Shown here in pieces: positions 49,788 to 62,128 of a stretch of DNA of 64,000 bases (its first letter is position 1; every line of letters begins with the position of its first letter). Made by a program: the position numbers and the translations under genes. Source of the stretch: Amoebophrya sp. A120 (Eukaryota; Protista; Dinoflagellata); assembly GCA_905178155.1 (NCBI GenBank), contig CAJINV010000005.1, positions 6,718,153 to 6,782,152 on the forward strand, in the 5' to 3' direction. Below the pieces are notes generated by a model, which did no database searches, was not told the DNA's origin, and saw nothing but the letters and a program-made list of their open reading frames with translations.

Positions 49788-51005
49788 TTGTCATTGTTTC
49801 AGGAGCTCGTGCAAGAAGCGATCCAAAAGCTTTGAGGTCAACTTGGCGGAAATCGACCAAACAAAACAGTCTCGATAAAATAGATTCCTCGGTGTTTTCT
49901 GGGAAACATGTCCATGCGCGACAGACACAAACAAGAGAACGCGCACAATGAGGCTATCTATTCGAGTAATTTTACATACACCTACAGCTAGACGAATACG
50001 AAAAGAAGTCCTTTTTTCAGCAAGTTCATCATAAATCTATTTGTATTTTTTCCGCAGAGGTAGTTATTTAGTTGTCTTTTTTCAATAGCTGTGTGTGTAG
50101 ATCGAGATCTGAAACAACCACGAGCACTACCCGAGTTTTGAATTTTTCTCCCCACTGCGAAACGAACATTTCAGCGGAGCCCGCGCGTGCTCACCATCAG
50201 AAGTGCGAACTGCGAGGAGCGGGGCGCACCGCCTAAAGTTCTAAAAAGCAAACACGCACTATAGATAGATAGATAGCTCTCGAACCAGAGGTTTTTCTTG
50301 AAGTAGCGCTAGAGGAAAAAGGTGTGTACACGCGTTTCCACCTTCACGCATAAACACAAACAAACAAACAAGTCTTCAGCCCCAGATAGATTCAGTTTCA
50401 AAAACCGAAGCAAAGCGTTTGGCGCCAGGTTATAAGCAGTTTGTTGCCGGCGGTGTGAGCTCAAGCTTTTAAACACCTTATGTGATTTCGACTTCTAGTC
50501 CCCGCTCACTTCCGAGCCCCCTTCTGTGTCGTGTAGCTCCTGTCCGCAAAGTTTTGTCGTCCAGCCTTCTTGTCGTGTGTCGCTGTCGTCCTGCAGTCGT
50601 ACAAAATTAATACAGGAACTCCACAGCGGTCAAAGTCTATTTCTACTACGTTCAAAAATTTCTTCGTTCTCCTTGAGAAAAATCGTGTGCTGTTGCGGCG
50701 TAGCTTAGTTTCCAAGATTGTCGTCCGCTTCAGGTACAGTTCGCTTTACCTTATCCTTAACAGCAGTAATTACCTGTCAGTATGACCATGAATGAAGAAT
50801 TTCCAACTACCCACTCTTGCAGCTCTCCTCGTCCTAAACGGAACATCTAAAGGACCGCGGTCTCGGCCTAATTGGATTTATTTTCTCTCCGATCCGAAAC
50901 CGAGTAAAACTACAATAACAATCCTGTAACTGCGTTAGCTGTATGATTGATGGAGCCCAATAATTTCACATCGTACGACGTTCTAAATCTAATCCTTATC
51001 CTTGA

Positions 51006-52040
51006 TTGTCAGCAATATTGGTAGTAGTTCAAGCATTTGCGGTCCTACCTTCACCCACAATGATGCAAACTACAAGCAGAAGGAGAACTGCTCCGCTCGA
51101 TGTGGTGCCCCCGTTTTCGCGGAGGCTCTCCCTTGTTGCAGCTGCCGTGCTGGGAAATCCACCCTTGTTCACCAACTCCGGCTTCGATCTGCGACGTGTT
51201 GATTTTACGACAACTCCCGTTTATTTCTTTGTCTCCGCTCTCGACCACACGGCGGGGACACACGAGAAGAAGAGCATCGACGCGGAGGAAGATGATAGTA
51301 GCGCCGCCGGATTTTTTACACAGCCTACTTCCAAAAAGGGCTTCATGCACCGTCGGGCGAACGACGAGGCCGCGTCGCTTTTCGCGGCCACCTTTTCCTT
51401 CCTCGAACAGGCGGCTTCGATGCTGGAAAAAGCAGTGGCCCAAGGACAGGGCCAGCCGGTCGACGAGAGGTGCTGGAAAGAAACTCAGAACGACCAAGGT
51501 GTACCTCTGTACAAGACTCGCGACAAGTGTGAGCAGTGCAGTGTTGGTGCGGATGAAAACGAAGGTGGTCTCCACCCTTGTCCCGTGAAGCCATCGGAGA
51601 CGGGAATCTGTTGCTGCGGGGACAAAAAAGGAACCATTTGCACGTGTGACGTTCCGGAGGAATTGTGGCCGCCGTACACCGTGGAAACGGGGGACCAGGC
51701 TGCTGATGGAGATGCTCCGGCCACGTGGAAACAGGACTACGAGGCGAAAAAAGAACCGGCCATCGCAGGGGCGACAGAGCGAAAGGACGCCACGGGCTAC
51801 CACGCGCTGCCGAAAACGACCTATAGTCCAGCAGACAGCAATGATGAACACAGCGTGTTGAACACCAATCGGTATCCGAAAGACAAGTTGTTCGCTGGCC
51901 GCAAATACCAGATCCAGTTCCATACAAAGCAGCAGAGTATGTCAGAGAAAAAGCCAGCTCGTGCACAATATAGAAAAGAAAACTTCTGCGGAGTTTCTAT
52001 AGATACACGGACAGACACAGAGCCAGACAGGAAGAGATGA
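51006..52040 (+). CDS. Hypothetical, possibly secreted protein with Cys-rich domain
   Basis: 344-aa ORF; hydrophobic N-terminus; CWKE..CEQC..PCP..ICCCG..CTC cluster; start uncertain. Confidence 0.65.
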   Translation: MSAILVVVQAFAVLPSPTMMQTTSRRRTAPLDVVPPFSRRLSLVAAAVLGNPPLFTNSGFDLRRVDFTTTPVYFFVSALDHTAGTHEKKSIDAEEDDSSAAGFFTQPTSKKGFMHRRANDEAASLFAATFSFLEQAASMLEKAVAQGQGQPVDERCWKETQNDQGVPLYKTRDKCEQCSVGADENEGGLHPCPVKPSETGICCCGDKKGTICTCDVPEELWPPYTVETGDQAADGDAPATWKQDYEAKKEPAIAGATERKDATGYHALPKTTYSPADSNDEHSVLNTNRYPKDKLFAGRKYQIQFHTKQQSMSEKKPARAQYRKENFCGVSIDTRTDTEPDRKR

Positions 52041-52935
52041 AGCGAGTCTGTCACGAGCGATGAAGGACGCTAGTGAGGCAACTGCAACCCGCATGAGCAT
52101 TTGTGTGTACTTATTTAAGTATCCGTATTGTTCCTGCTCGTATTTTTTGTCTACAACGTACTTATTTGTATGGAGTGAGGTCACCGAACGGTTCTAACCG
52201 GGGAGTTTTTTTGACACCCAGACAGCAAAACGACCGGCAGTTTTGAAGCGGGCGAAAGTGTTTTTTGACGAAAAAAATTTGCACTTATCAAGCGGCCGGG
52301 GCTTTGTTGTCAAACAAGCCCGGTCGAAAGCTATCGATTCGCACTTGATAAAACGACGCAGGGGAGCCGGCAAAAGGGGCGCCCTTCTGAGGCGCCCACC
52401 GCCTTGGTTTCTGGCGATTTGGGGCGCCCAAAAAGGGGCGCGCAAAAAACGCGCCCAAAATCAGAACAGCGAAACAGCATGGCACGGCCGCGATTTCGGA
52501 GCATTTTGGGCGGCCGCGAAAGCGGCCGCCTTTTCGCCGGTTTCAGAGCCTGGGAAGCTTTGCAAAAAGCGCTGGCGAGAAATATAAAAACGCAAAAAAG
52601 AAAAAGCGCGCCAGACGCGCAAAGCCACTCCGCATGCTATGGGCCCGATTTTCCCTCGCTTTTTGGGCGCCCCCCGTGGCGCCCGGATCGGCCTCATAGC
52701 ATGGGGGCTGGCTTTCGGAAAGGAATTTCGAAAATTTGCCAAAATTTGCGACGCTTATCAGGCGGCCGCCATACCGTGGGGCCTAACGTTACTCACGGCG
52801 GTATGGCGGGCCCAGAAAAATCAAAGCCGCGGCCAAGGCGACGGCCGGCAAGAAAACGCCCACGACCTCACTACCTCCGCCTCGGCGGCTATATTTGGTA
52901 ATCATGTGCTAGCTTTTTCTTTGGGAAATCAACAG

Positions 52936-55258
52936 CAAATGGCAGCATTTTATACCCAGAACCCTCGGCCAAAAACCCGCTGGTTTCCACCCTGGTTGCG
53001 TTTCCGCGAGCGCACGCCGCGGTTTCCAATCAGAAAACGAACCAAGTTGCCGTGTATTTTCACGGCGCGACAGGGGGCTTGTACGGGAGCCAGGGGGGAT
53101 TCATCGGCAACGGCGGCTTTTACCCGGAAAACCTGGTGCAAGTCTGCTATGGAAGCGTCAGGACTGAAATCGTCAAAGTTGAAATAACTTCTCATGCATA
53201 AACTGCAAGGCATGAAGTGCCTCTCTTGCAGGGACGGCAAGTGAGGCCGACGGTCAGCCTGTTTGGGGTCTGCGGTAGAGCTGCAAATGTAGCATGACAA
53301 AAGACGCCTTCGGTCTCTAAACAGCATGACAAGCTGGATTTAGACGGTGCCGAAATTTGTCATGCACCGCTTGAAAATTGGGCTTCCAACTGGTATCGAT
53401 TTTATGCATTACAAGTTATTTCAACTTTGTCGATTTCAAACCTGACACCTCCATATCTGTGACCGCTTGTACCCGGAGTTACAGCGGGTCATGTGGCTGT
53501 TTCCTGCCGCGATGCAGTTCGGTGCCGACCCTAGCAAAGGACAAACAAAATGGATTCAGTACACCGAGGACTACACTACAAATCGCCCGACCGCCGGCCT
53601 GGAGCACGCAGACCTGCAGGACTTCACCGACAGCAGTCTGGCCGTTTACGACGATGTGGCAAGTTTGTTGTCCCCGAATCACGTGACAGCGCCGTGCTCC
53701 TTGGCCATGGGCGGATTTTCCCAAGGGGGGCTGTTGTCCTTGAAAGTCGCTGCGGAAAGGAACCCGAAGGAGTTGGCTCACCCGTGTACGTATCAACTGT
53801 AAAAATGTCTGGGTCTGGAAACTTGTGATGCTGAATTGCGCATGATTGAAGCGCTTCCAATGGCAGGCAAGCATGACAAGTTTTTGAGAGGCCTGCTGAT
53901 GCCTAGCACGCATTACAAATTGCGTTTTTGCATGACAAAGAAAGCCTCTGTTTTGCTGCTCATGCAACACAGATTTTCCACGAATGCATGACACGCATTA
54001 CAAGTTCCACTTTTCCAGACCCAGACACTTTTACATTTGATAGTACGCTGACGGGCGCGGCGGGGTTCTCGACCTTTTTTCACAAGAACCGGAAGCCTGA
54101 CGAGCCTGTGAAGGCCTGGAAAGTGGACGACGAGCTCGAGCGAATTGAAAATTTGCACAAAAGCCAGGGCCACCTCCGGCCCGGGCAGTCTTTTCGCACG
54201 CGGCTGTTTTACGACAAGCACGACCGCCGGACGCTGGCCAAGAACCAGTTCATTGAGCCGGAAGGTCATGGTGAAGCACCTGCCGCCGGCCAGCAGCCTC
54301 CTGCGACTTCCTCTATGCAGTCACAGCTGAAAGTCGGTAAGACGGCCGAGGAGAAGCGGCATTCTGCCGGGGGCGCTTCCGTGGATGCAACAGGCTACAA
54401 GCAGCACACTTACCACCTGGTCGAGTGGCCCACCTGCCGCATTCCAGACGGCGACCCGGCGAAGGGCGTGCCGGGGGTGGGCCTGTCTCCTACTGGTGTG
54501 CTTCAGAAGAACATGGAGAACCACCACCTGGTGTCAGAACTATCAAATGCAAAAACGTCTGGATCTGGTGGGAGAGTGGAACTTGTAATGCTGTCTGCGG
54601 ATTCTAAAAATATCTGCGTTGCAATTGCATGAGCAGCAAGAAGAGGAGTCCAGTTCTTGGCACGCGGAGAGCAGGGTATTTCTCATGCGTAGTTAGCATC
54701 AAGAAGCTCTCGAAAAATCTGTGATGCCAGCACCAGCATGACAGACGTCACAGGTCATGCAAAATGTGCATGACAAGTTCGCATCCTTCCAGATGACCCA
54801 GACATATTTGGAATGCATAAGAACACCGGTTGGATGACGTGTGTCGGTTTTACGCGGAGAGCCTTATGAAATGCAAAAGTGTCTGGGTCTGGAAGGTCGC
54901 CAGGTTTGTCATGCATATTTTGCATGACTCAGGATGTCTGTAATGCATGATCTAGCATCACAAATTTTGTGAGGGCTTCCTGATGCCTATACCGCATGAC
55001 AAATGCTCTTTCCGTGTAGCAAAACTGTGACGCTCTACTTTGCTGCTCATGCAATACAGATTTTTTTGGAATCCAAAATCAGCATAACAAGTTGCATTCT
55101 TCCAGACCCAGACATTTTTGCATTTGATAAGCCTGCGCGAACAACAACTTCCCGGGGAGAGGAAACAACTGCCACCGTTCTCTCGGGGACAGGCGGGCCC
55201 GAAGAATGCCCCAGAGGGGAAGTGCGCGGGAGGCGGCTCAGCTTGCGGGGGACGGTGA
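52936..55258 (+). CDS. Phospholipase/carboxylesterase family alpha/beta hydrolase (acyl-protein thioesterase-like), 4 introners
   Basis: Spliced: VAVYFHG...QVC-DRLYPELQRVMWLFPAA...LAMGGFSQGGLLSL...CT-LTGAAGFS...MENHHLVSE-HRLDDVCRF. Contains the GxSxG nucleophile motif, an HG oxyanion motif and a candidate catalytic His. 5' end unresolved. Confidence 0.8.
53148..53455. mobile_element. Introner family F
   Basis: ~42-bp imperfect TIR TATGGAAGCGTCAGGACTGAAATCGTCAAAGTTGAAATAACT; DR TCTGC/TCTGT. Confidence 0.92.
53791..54042. mobile_element. Introner family A
   Basis: Family-A TIRs; DR GTACG/GTACG. Confidence 0.94.
54541..54819. mobile_element. Introner family A
   Basis: Family-A TIRs; DR AGAAC/AGAAC; interior inverted relative to 54865. 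Confidence 0.92.
54865..55129. mobile_element. Introner family A
   Basis: Family-A TIRs; DR AGCCT/AGCCT. Confidence 0.94.
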
Positions 55259-56469
55259 GGGAGAAGTGAGAAGAGGAGTAGTAGAATGCTCAAGCAGTAC
55301 AGTAAATAGAATAAACACGCGCAAGAATCACACATGAAAGAATGTACCACCATACGCAGCACATACGACAGCACACAGCGCAGGAGCATACAATATTTTG
55401 CACTACTAAACTATGAATCACTTGTGAATCGTATTCGTATCAATAATCAATCTAATATTTGACTCTAGAAATAATTTTCAGATCGCCGTGTTGAAGTATC
55501 CAAGCATGATCCGTAGGGACCCCCCCTTCCGAATCAAACATGATCGTATCTACGCTGCATGCAAAAATAGAATAACCCCACCTAGTTGTACCGGTCCCTT
55601 TCGCGTTTCTTTTTGTGGATTTCCGCATATCATCACAGATGTCACGGCACTGTAGAAAGCCTACGATACAAACACAGTTTTTTTTGGCATTACCCCACTC
55701 TCTCGCCGTTGTTCTCCCCAGCATATGGTACCTACTAGATAAAAGCCGCCCAGCATAGTACTCTCTGCGCCCCCGTCTCCACATGACGAAGTCGGATCGG
55801 ATTCTGATTTTGCATGACACAGGGGATTTCGGATCTGAATTTCAAGTTTAACCCTCATAGAAAGATACCAGGGCTTTCGCAATGCAGGCACGGTTGGTGA
55901 TAATTTTTATTGTAAGTAAGATTTTCTGTTCGACATGGTGAACGTTATCGTGAAAGAAAGTCAACCGTTCTGCAGGGCCTCGATCGACGTCGGTCAACAA
56001 GCGCGTGTGGTTAACAAAGAAAGGCAACGCCATTCGTCATTTCTGCTCAGCAGGTCCTCTAGTAGTACTCCACCGTGAATCGTCGTCGTATTGCAGAAGG
56101 TGCTGGTCAAGGTAGGCGAAGCTGTAGATGCAAAAATCGCAGAAGTTCATTCGTGAAGATCGTCTCTCTCATTCGTCAAGTCGTGGGTCGTGATACTTAC
56201 GAAGAAAGTCGTTTCTTTTCTTTTTCCAATCCAAAGAACTCCCGTGACAAAGACAATCTTCCGTGTCGTACTACTACACTTTATTCCAGGTAGTTAATGA
56301 AAAGAGAAAGTTTTTTTTTGATCGTTAAATTGGTCTCGGTTTTGGGGAAAATAAGTGGAAATTGTTGGCAAACGCCAGCATACTACTATCTAGATAGAAC
56401 TAGTACACTGACTTTCAGCATAGGACCCACCGACAAAGAACAACTTCAGCAAGAAAAGAACACAAAAAG

Positions 56470-59400
56470 ATGTTGGAGCTCGACCCGGTGCACAAGGAGT
56501 TTGGGTCTCCCGAGAGGCCGAAGCCCAAGAAGACTTCGGTCTGCGAGGAGGCCTCGCCCGCCTCTTGCAGCAGTAAGAAGCTGTTGCTAGGCGCCGTCTG
56601 CTCGGTGCTGTGCCTGTTCACCGTTGCCTATGTGTACAAGTGGCAAAGTCACCTGGCCGCGTCCAGCTCGGAGGTGCAAAAGCACGACGCGTTTCACGAT
56701 TTTGACAACAACTTCGACTACAAGGGCAAATACGGTTACCGCGGAACAACTTCTACTGCTGGTATCAAACCCAAGTCTAAAGCCCGTGGGAAGAAAGGCG
56801 CGAAAATAACCGCAGCGGCAGCAGCGAGCACAACTACATCATCTAGTGCCGACCTATTAGGGTCATCTTCCCTGGAAAATCTTCAAGAATTGAACCCCGA
56901 TGGCACCACTTCTGCGGAACATCAAACAGTCGGCAAGAAACAAAGCCAGAAACTCGTCCAGGAACAACAGTCCGAGGCGGAATTGGAATTGCAAGAGCGG
57001 AAAAGGGTCGCGACGAAGGTTTTCAGTCGCCTTATCAAAATGAAAAATCCCCCCACCCCATACTCAAACTAGAAATTTGCGATGCAGATTTGTGGTCACA
57101 AATCATGCTAGAAGGGAAAAGATGCGGACTGTAGTGCTGGTTGGCGTGGGAATAAACCTTTGCGCCTTCAACATAACAGAAAACAACTAAAAGTGGGAAA
57201 CAGCATGACAAATTTCCTGCAAACGAGGCCACAGCTGCGTCTCTTGGCCTTCTAGCATTACAAGTCGATTTGTGTACTCAAATACAGCATCACAAATTTC
57301 GTTTTCGATATGGGGAGGGGGGATTTTTCCTTTTTATACGCCTGCACAAGAATTTCGATCGGTATCAGCGGTTGGAAGAAGAATTCAACAAGAACGGCAC
57401 GACCAGTAGTACAGTTTCTACTGTGTCCTCGGCGACAAGAGCAGCAGCGAGTTCTTCAGCCTCCACTGGTGCAGCTGCGACCAAAAATGACACAACAAGT
57501 GCAGTCGACAATAACACCTCGTCCGGGGCGACGATGATCATGTCGACAAAAACCAACACTTCCTCGGATTTTCTCTACTACCAATCTGTCCGGAACCGCA
57601 CCGCGAGGTTACTGGAGAAAATCTCGTCGGACCACTTGATATGCATTGCAAACGTATCGTACAACTAGTATGACTGTGAGTTGCATGGCAAATTTGCTCA
57701 GAATGAGCAATGGAATTTCTCATGCGGATTTACCTACTTTTGTAATGCATACTTAAACGGAATTGATACTAGTGGTAGTGCAATACTTTTGCAATGCATA
57801 GTTGGAGCAGTACTTGCCCCACTGGGACTCCATCTCTGTGGCGCTGCAGCGGGAGTTTTACCACGGGCCGGAGCAAATCATCACCCTGCTGCCCCCGCGC
57901 GTCAGCGAAAAATTGACGGTGGACCTGGCGATGCAAATGACGTTTCTGACGTCGATGGGCTCGATATGAGAGTGCACAACCACTACCCCTCCTCCTCCTC
58001 ATTTGTACGGCATGAGCCAACAGCTACACAAACACCAGCCCTCCTGGGGCCTGTGCATGACAAGTCCAGGCCGCGAGGGTTGTACTGTTTGGGCTATTTC
58101 CGAAATTTGTCATGCAAACAATGCCGCAGGGCAGCAAATGGATTTACGGTTTTGCATGACAAAGAAGGGGACCGGGCGGAGTTCTGCACTCTCATACTCG
58201 AAGAAAAGCGTGCACGTGGAGTATGACGACGGGAACAACGGGATGGAGTTATCAAATGCAAACATGTCTGTGTCTGGAAAGTTGCGAGGCTCTTTGTCAT
58301 GCTAGTCTGGCATGACTCTGTACTCCGTGTTGCGTGGCCGCAGCAAAGAGCTCCTGTTGCCTGTCACGCAAAAACGCAGTTTCTCATGCGGAGTACGCAA
58401 GTCAGAACCACGAAAAAACTTTGTCATGCTTGGCAGCGCATGACAGTGTGGTGCTTGCTATTCCCTTCCTTGCATCACAAGTTTTCAGACATCCAGGGAT
58501 CTTTGCAATGCATAGGAATCCGACCTGTTCGATTTGTACCTGTACCATCCGATCGAGATTGCCAAGCTGTTGATCCAAGACCTGAAGCTGCTGGATATGG
58601 ACCACGTATCCACAGGAAATTTCCCGTACACGTACAAATGCAGTCTCTGCATGACAAAACTTACCTTCAATCCCAGTCTAGCATGACAAGTTGGACACTG
58701 CAAGTTAGCGAAATTTGTCATGCATTTTGTACATGTACGGGAAATTTACAGTGCATACCACGACACCCAGTACAACAAGAAATACCTGTTGCAGGAGTTT
58801 ACGGTTGCCTTGTCCAAAGATACGGTTGACTTGGACAAAAGCGGGAAGCTATTACAGTGAAAAATGCCCCCATCGTCCCCAAAGTTGCAAAAATTTGTGA
58901 TGCGAAGTTTCCAAATGAAAACTTTTTGCCATGCATGAAAGGAGTATGAATGTTTCTGATGCAGAGTCAAGGCGTGTATCGCATCGCTTGCATGACAAGC
59001 GCCACTCTTGCTGGGGTCTTTTGCAATACAAATTTTTGCTATTCACGATTGGAAACCTGTGATGCTGATAGATGCAAGAGGGCAAGTGTTGCTTTTGGAA
59101 AGGTTTGCAATACAAATTCTCCCAAGTTCGGTGGTGGTGGGGGCATTTTTCACTTTGATAGAAGCTGGATCTACTGGAATTCGCCACTTTGTTTGCCAGA
59201 ACTACTAGTACTGGCAACGCGACCAGCACCAGTGCGGGAGGAGACGAAGCGGAGGAAGATCCGGTGGGCGAGAAAAACTGCAAACTTCTGGAAATCTTGG
59301 ATCTGCTATGAATTGCAAAAGTACAACAACTATCGCACTCGTACTGATTGCAGTCATGCATTACAAATCATTTCCTAAGGCATATCAGCATTACAAGTTC

Positions 59401-61220
59401 CATTTCTAATGCTGAGCGAATTTGTAATGCGATTCCTACAACTAGAACCAGTGCGGTGCTTTTGCAATTCATATCTGCTGGCGGCCGGCAAATCCGGCGG
59501 TCTGATCGCTCCGGAGATCGTGGACCAGGCCTACGTATGAACTGCAAAAGTATCGTACTCGTATAAATGCAAGTCTTGCATCACAAATTTTTCTCTCAAG
59601 GTAAATCAGCATTACAAATTTCATTTCTCATGCTGAGGAAATTTGTAATGCATTTATACGAGTGCGATACTTTTGCAGTTCGTAGTACGGCATCCTGTTC
59701 GGCGAAAAGCGGAAAGAGGAGTTGATTGCGGCGTTGAAAAGCAGCGCGGAAGACCACGGGAAAAAAAACACCGTGAGGTACTGCCCGGATGGCGAGCTGT
59801 CCGTATCAAATGTAAAAATGTCTGGGTCTGGATGATAGATTGCCACGTTTGTCATGCATGTTTTGCGTGACCCATAATGCCTGTAGCGCATGACCCAGCA
59901 TCACAGATTTTTAGAGGGCTTCCTGATGCCTGTTTCGCATGAGAAATTCCCTCCCCACGTATTACAATCTGGACTCCCTTTGCTGGTCATGCAATACAAA
60001 TTTTTTTAGAATCCAAAGACAGCATCACAAGTTGCACCCTTCCAGACCCGGACATATTTGCAATGCATAGTCCGTCTACGTGTGCAACGCAGCAAACGCC
60101 GACGGCAAGTTCAATCCTTTTCTACTGCCCGACTTCCAGCACGAAGCGCCTTTCTTAACACCGGAACAGTCCGAGTCCGTCGCTGGTGTTCCGCCGGCAC
60201 TTATTGAAAGGAAAAACTACTCCCCCTCCCCATATTGAAAAGGTATGTTAATGTTTCCGAAAATCTGTGTTGCTGATTTGAATTCACAAGTCGCATTTGT
60301 CTTGCAAGACGACAAGGGCAGAAGCCTCCGCCCCATTATGAAAGCGATTGGTCATGCTGTTGGGCCTAAAGGGAAGCCGTTTGCCATACTGAACAACTAG
60401 ACCCATACGCCCCTACCTAGCCCGGGGATCTGGCCGCAATGCCTTCCGGCAGTACCATGCTGATTGGTGTACACAAATCCAGCATCAGGAATTCCGTTTT
60501 GATATGGGGAGGGGGGATTTTTCCTCTCAATAGCACTTGCAGCGAACTCGTCGGTCACCTCGCCGTCCCTGAAAGGCATCGACCTGGACATGGACAAGTC
60601 GCTCTGCAAACTGTACAACTACGCTTTTTCCTCGAACATGAAGTCTGCCAGCGAGGAAGAGGTGAAAACGGTGGGCACAGCTTGCGAAGCGCTGTCGAGC
60701 TACTCGGGGCAGTCCTGTTGTCACTGGGTGGAGTCCGACAAGGAAAAGAACGCGTGCCGACCGTTTTACCGAGTATCATAGGTTGTTTGATCTCGTCTTT
60801 AGTGTTTGTCATAGCATGATACATAGCAAGTTGCAGCTGTTCTGCTGAAGTTTCGCCATGTGGGTAAGTAGAACGCAGCATGTGCCATGGTTCATCACGT
60901 ACTAGAAATCGGAAACGGAAGCTGTAGTTCTTTGTAGCGTCGATATCTGTAACGCATGAATAAGAAAATCAAAGCCAAAAAACTACACCCAGTGCCTCCG
61001 CCCCGTGGGTAAGACGAGCCAGCAAGTCCAGCTATACCAGGAAGTTTTTCAAGACGACTCGCTCGGCGACGTTGGTCCGGTTGAAAAATTCCACGAAACC
61101 GTCGACACGCGGACCATTCTGCCGCCGTTTGCTGCCTACGACAAGTACGGCCGAAAGCGGATGGATCTGCTGGGGGCGAAAACGCTCGACATGGAAGAGG
61201 AGATGAAGGAGGAAATGTGA
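56470..61220 (+). CDS. Membrane-anchored EF-hand protein (~713 aa), 10 introners and 1 GT-AG intron
   Basis: N-terminal TM LLLGAVCSVLCLFTVAYVY; EF-hand loop DLDKSGK-LDLLEF rebuilt across 58850; all junctions in frame; intron 60773-60992. Confidence 0.82.
57033..57338. mobile_element. Introner family E
   Basis: Family-E TIRs; DR CGCCT/CGCCT. Confidence 0.93.
57640..57800. mobile_element. Introner family C-like
   Basis: TATGCATTGCAAACGTAT / ATACTTTTGCAATGCATA; DR CTTGA/GTTGG. Confidence 0.85.
57965..58196. mobile_element. Introner family M
   Basis: TATGAGAGTGCA / TGCACTCTCATA; DR CTCGA/CTCGA. Confidence 0.92.
58250..58514. mobile_element. Introner family A
   Basis: Family-A TIRs; DR GGAGT/GGAAT. 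Confidence 0.88.
58607..58757. mobile_element. Introner family J
   Basis: TATCCACAGGAAATTTCCCGTACA / TGTACGGGAAATTTACAGTGCATA; DR CCACG/CCACG. Confidence 0.92.
58850..59160. mobile_element. Introner family I
   Basis: TATTACAGTGAAAAATGCCCC / GGGGCATTTTTCACTTTGATA; DR GAAGC/GAAGC; splits the EF-hand loop. Confidence 0.93.
59307..59473. mobile_element. Introner family C
   Basis: TATGAATTGCAAAAG / CTTTTGCAATTCATA; DR TCTGC/TCTGC. Confidence 0.92.
59536..59684. mobile_element. Introner family C
   Basis: TATGAACTGCAAAAGTATCGTACTCGTATAAATGCA TIR; DR CTACG/GTACG. Confidence 0.92.
59804..60069. mobile_element. Introner family A
   Basis: Family-A TIRs; DR GTCCG/GTCCG. Confidence 0.93.
60202..60532. 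mobile_element. Introner family E
   Basis: TATTGAAAGGAAAAA...CCCCCTCCCCATAT / ATATGGGGAGGGGGGATTTTTCCTCTCAATA; DR GCACT/GCACT. Confidence 0.92.
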
Positions 61221-62128
61221 GGGTTGTTTGTCATGCTGTTCTCCATGACAAAAATGAGTTGTCAAAACAGCATTTTCAATTTGAAGATACTTATTGGAAG
61301 CAACAGCAGGTCTTTGGTGACGTTTCACATCGTAGCGGCTCTTTTGAATTTTTTGTTGATTTACATACTGTTTCACTCAAGAACTACACACGTTTCGATT
61401 CAGTTTTCGAAGAAGTTTTGTTTGTTCTTTAGCACGACCGCAACAACTCTAGTATAGTTTGTGTTTGATCATCTTTCAGTATCAGTTTGGCAGAGTGAGG
61501 AATTTGATACTACTACCACCTGTAATATACCATCAATTGCTAGAAGAGATCTCACCGTTTCATCACTTTTGTTTATTTGAACATTTTTTTACAATTTTCG
61601 CGTTCTGCAGCCTTGTCTAGAATTTTCGGATGACTCTCAACTTTATTCAGAATGTCATGCGTCTATACTTCTAGTACTTATTTGTTTCTATTACACCGTT
61701 TTCTTTTTCAAGCAAATCTGTATACCAGGAAAGTTTTTCTGCCGTTTGGAATCTGATCATTTTACAGGAAAATCAGCTGATATTTTTACGAAGAATTTTT
61801 CATGAACGGGAAGGATATTTTTGTACATCATGACAAGCTTAGAAAGCCACGCTCGGAGGCGTCGCGTCCGTATCTGGTCGTGGAGCACCTTCGTTCCTGT
61901 TGATGGAATGTGGGTTCTGTAAAGCGCTCCGCCTTAGCTTGCCTCGTATATGTCTTGATCTTTGAGATAAACAACAAGGCAACTGGAAAGGAGAGACGCA
62001 AGTAGAGAGCACCAGCATCAAACTTGAAGCATAGAAAATCGTGATGTTATGGACGAGGAGCGAAACGTCTGGCTCTTGGGCAATGTTTTAGGAGTTATTC
62101 TTTTTCGTAAAACAAAAGTCAAACTACC

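Noticed and set aside
52190-52900. Additional GC-rich mobile element upstream of the esterase gene
   Set aside because: The composition resembles the GC island, but I found no convincing TIR or TSD. It may be 5' exon or promoter sequence.
57339-60201. Nucleosome-length phasing of introner insertions
   Set aside because: Inter-element exon lengths (about 53-300 nt) show no obvious common period in this small sample.
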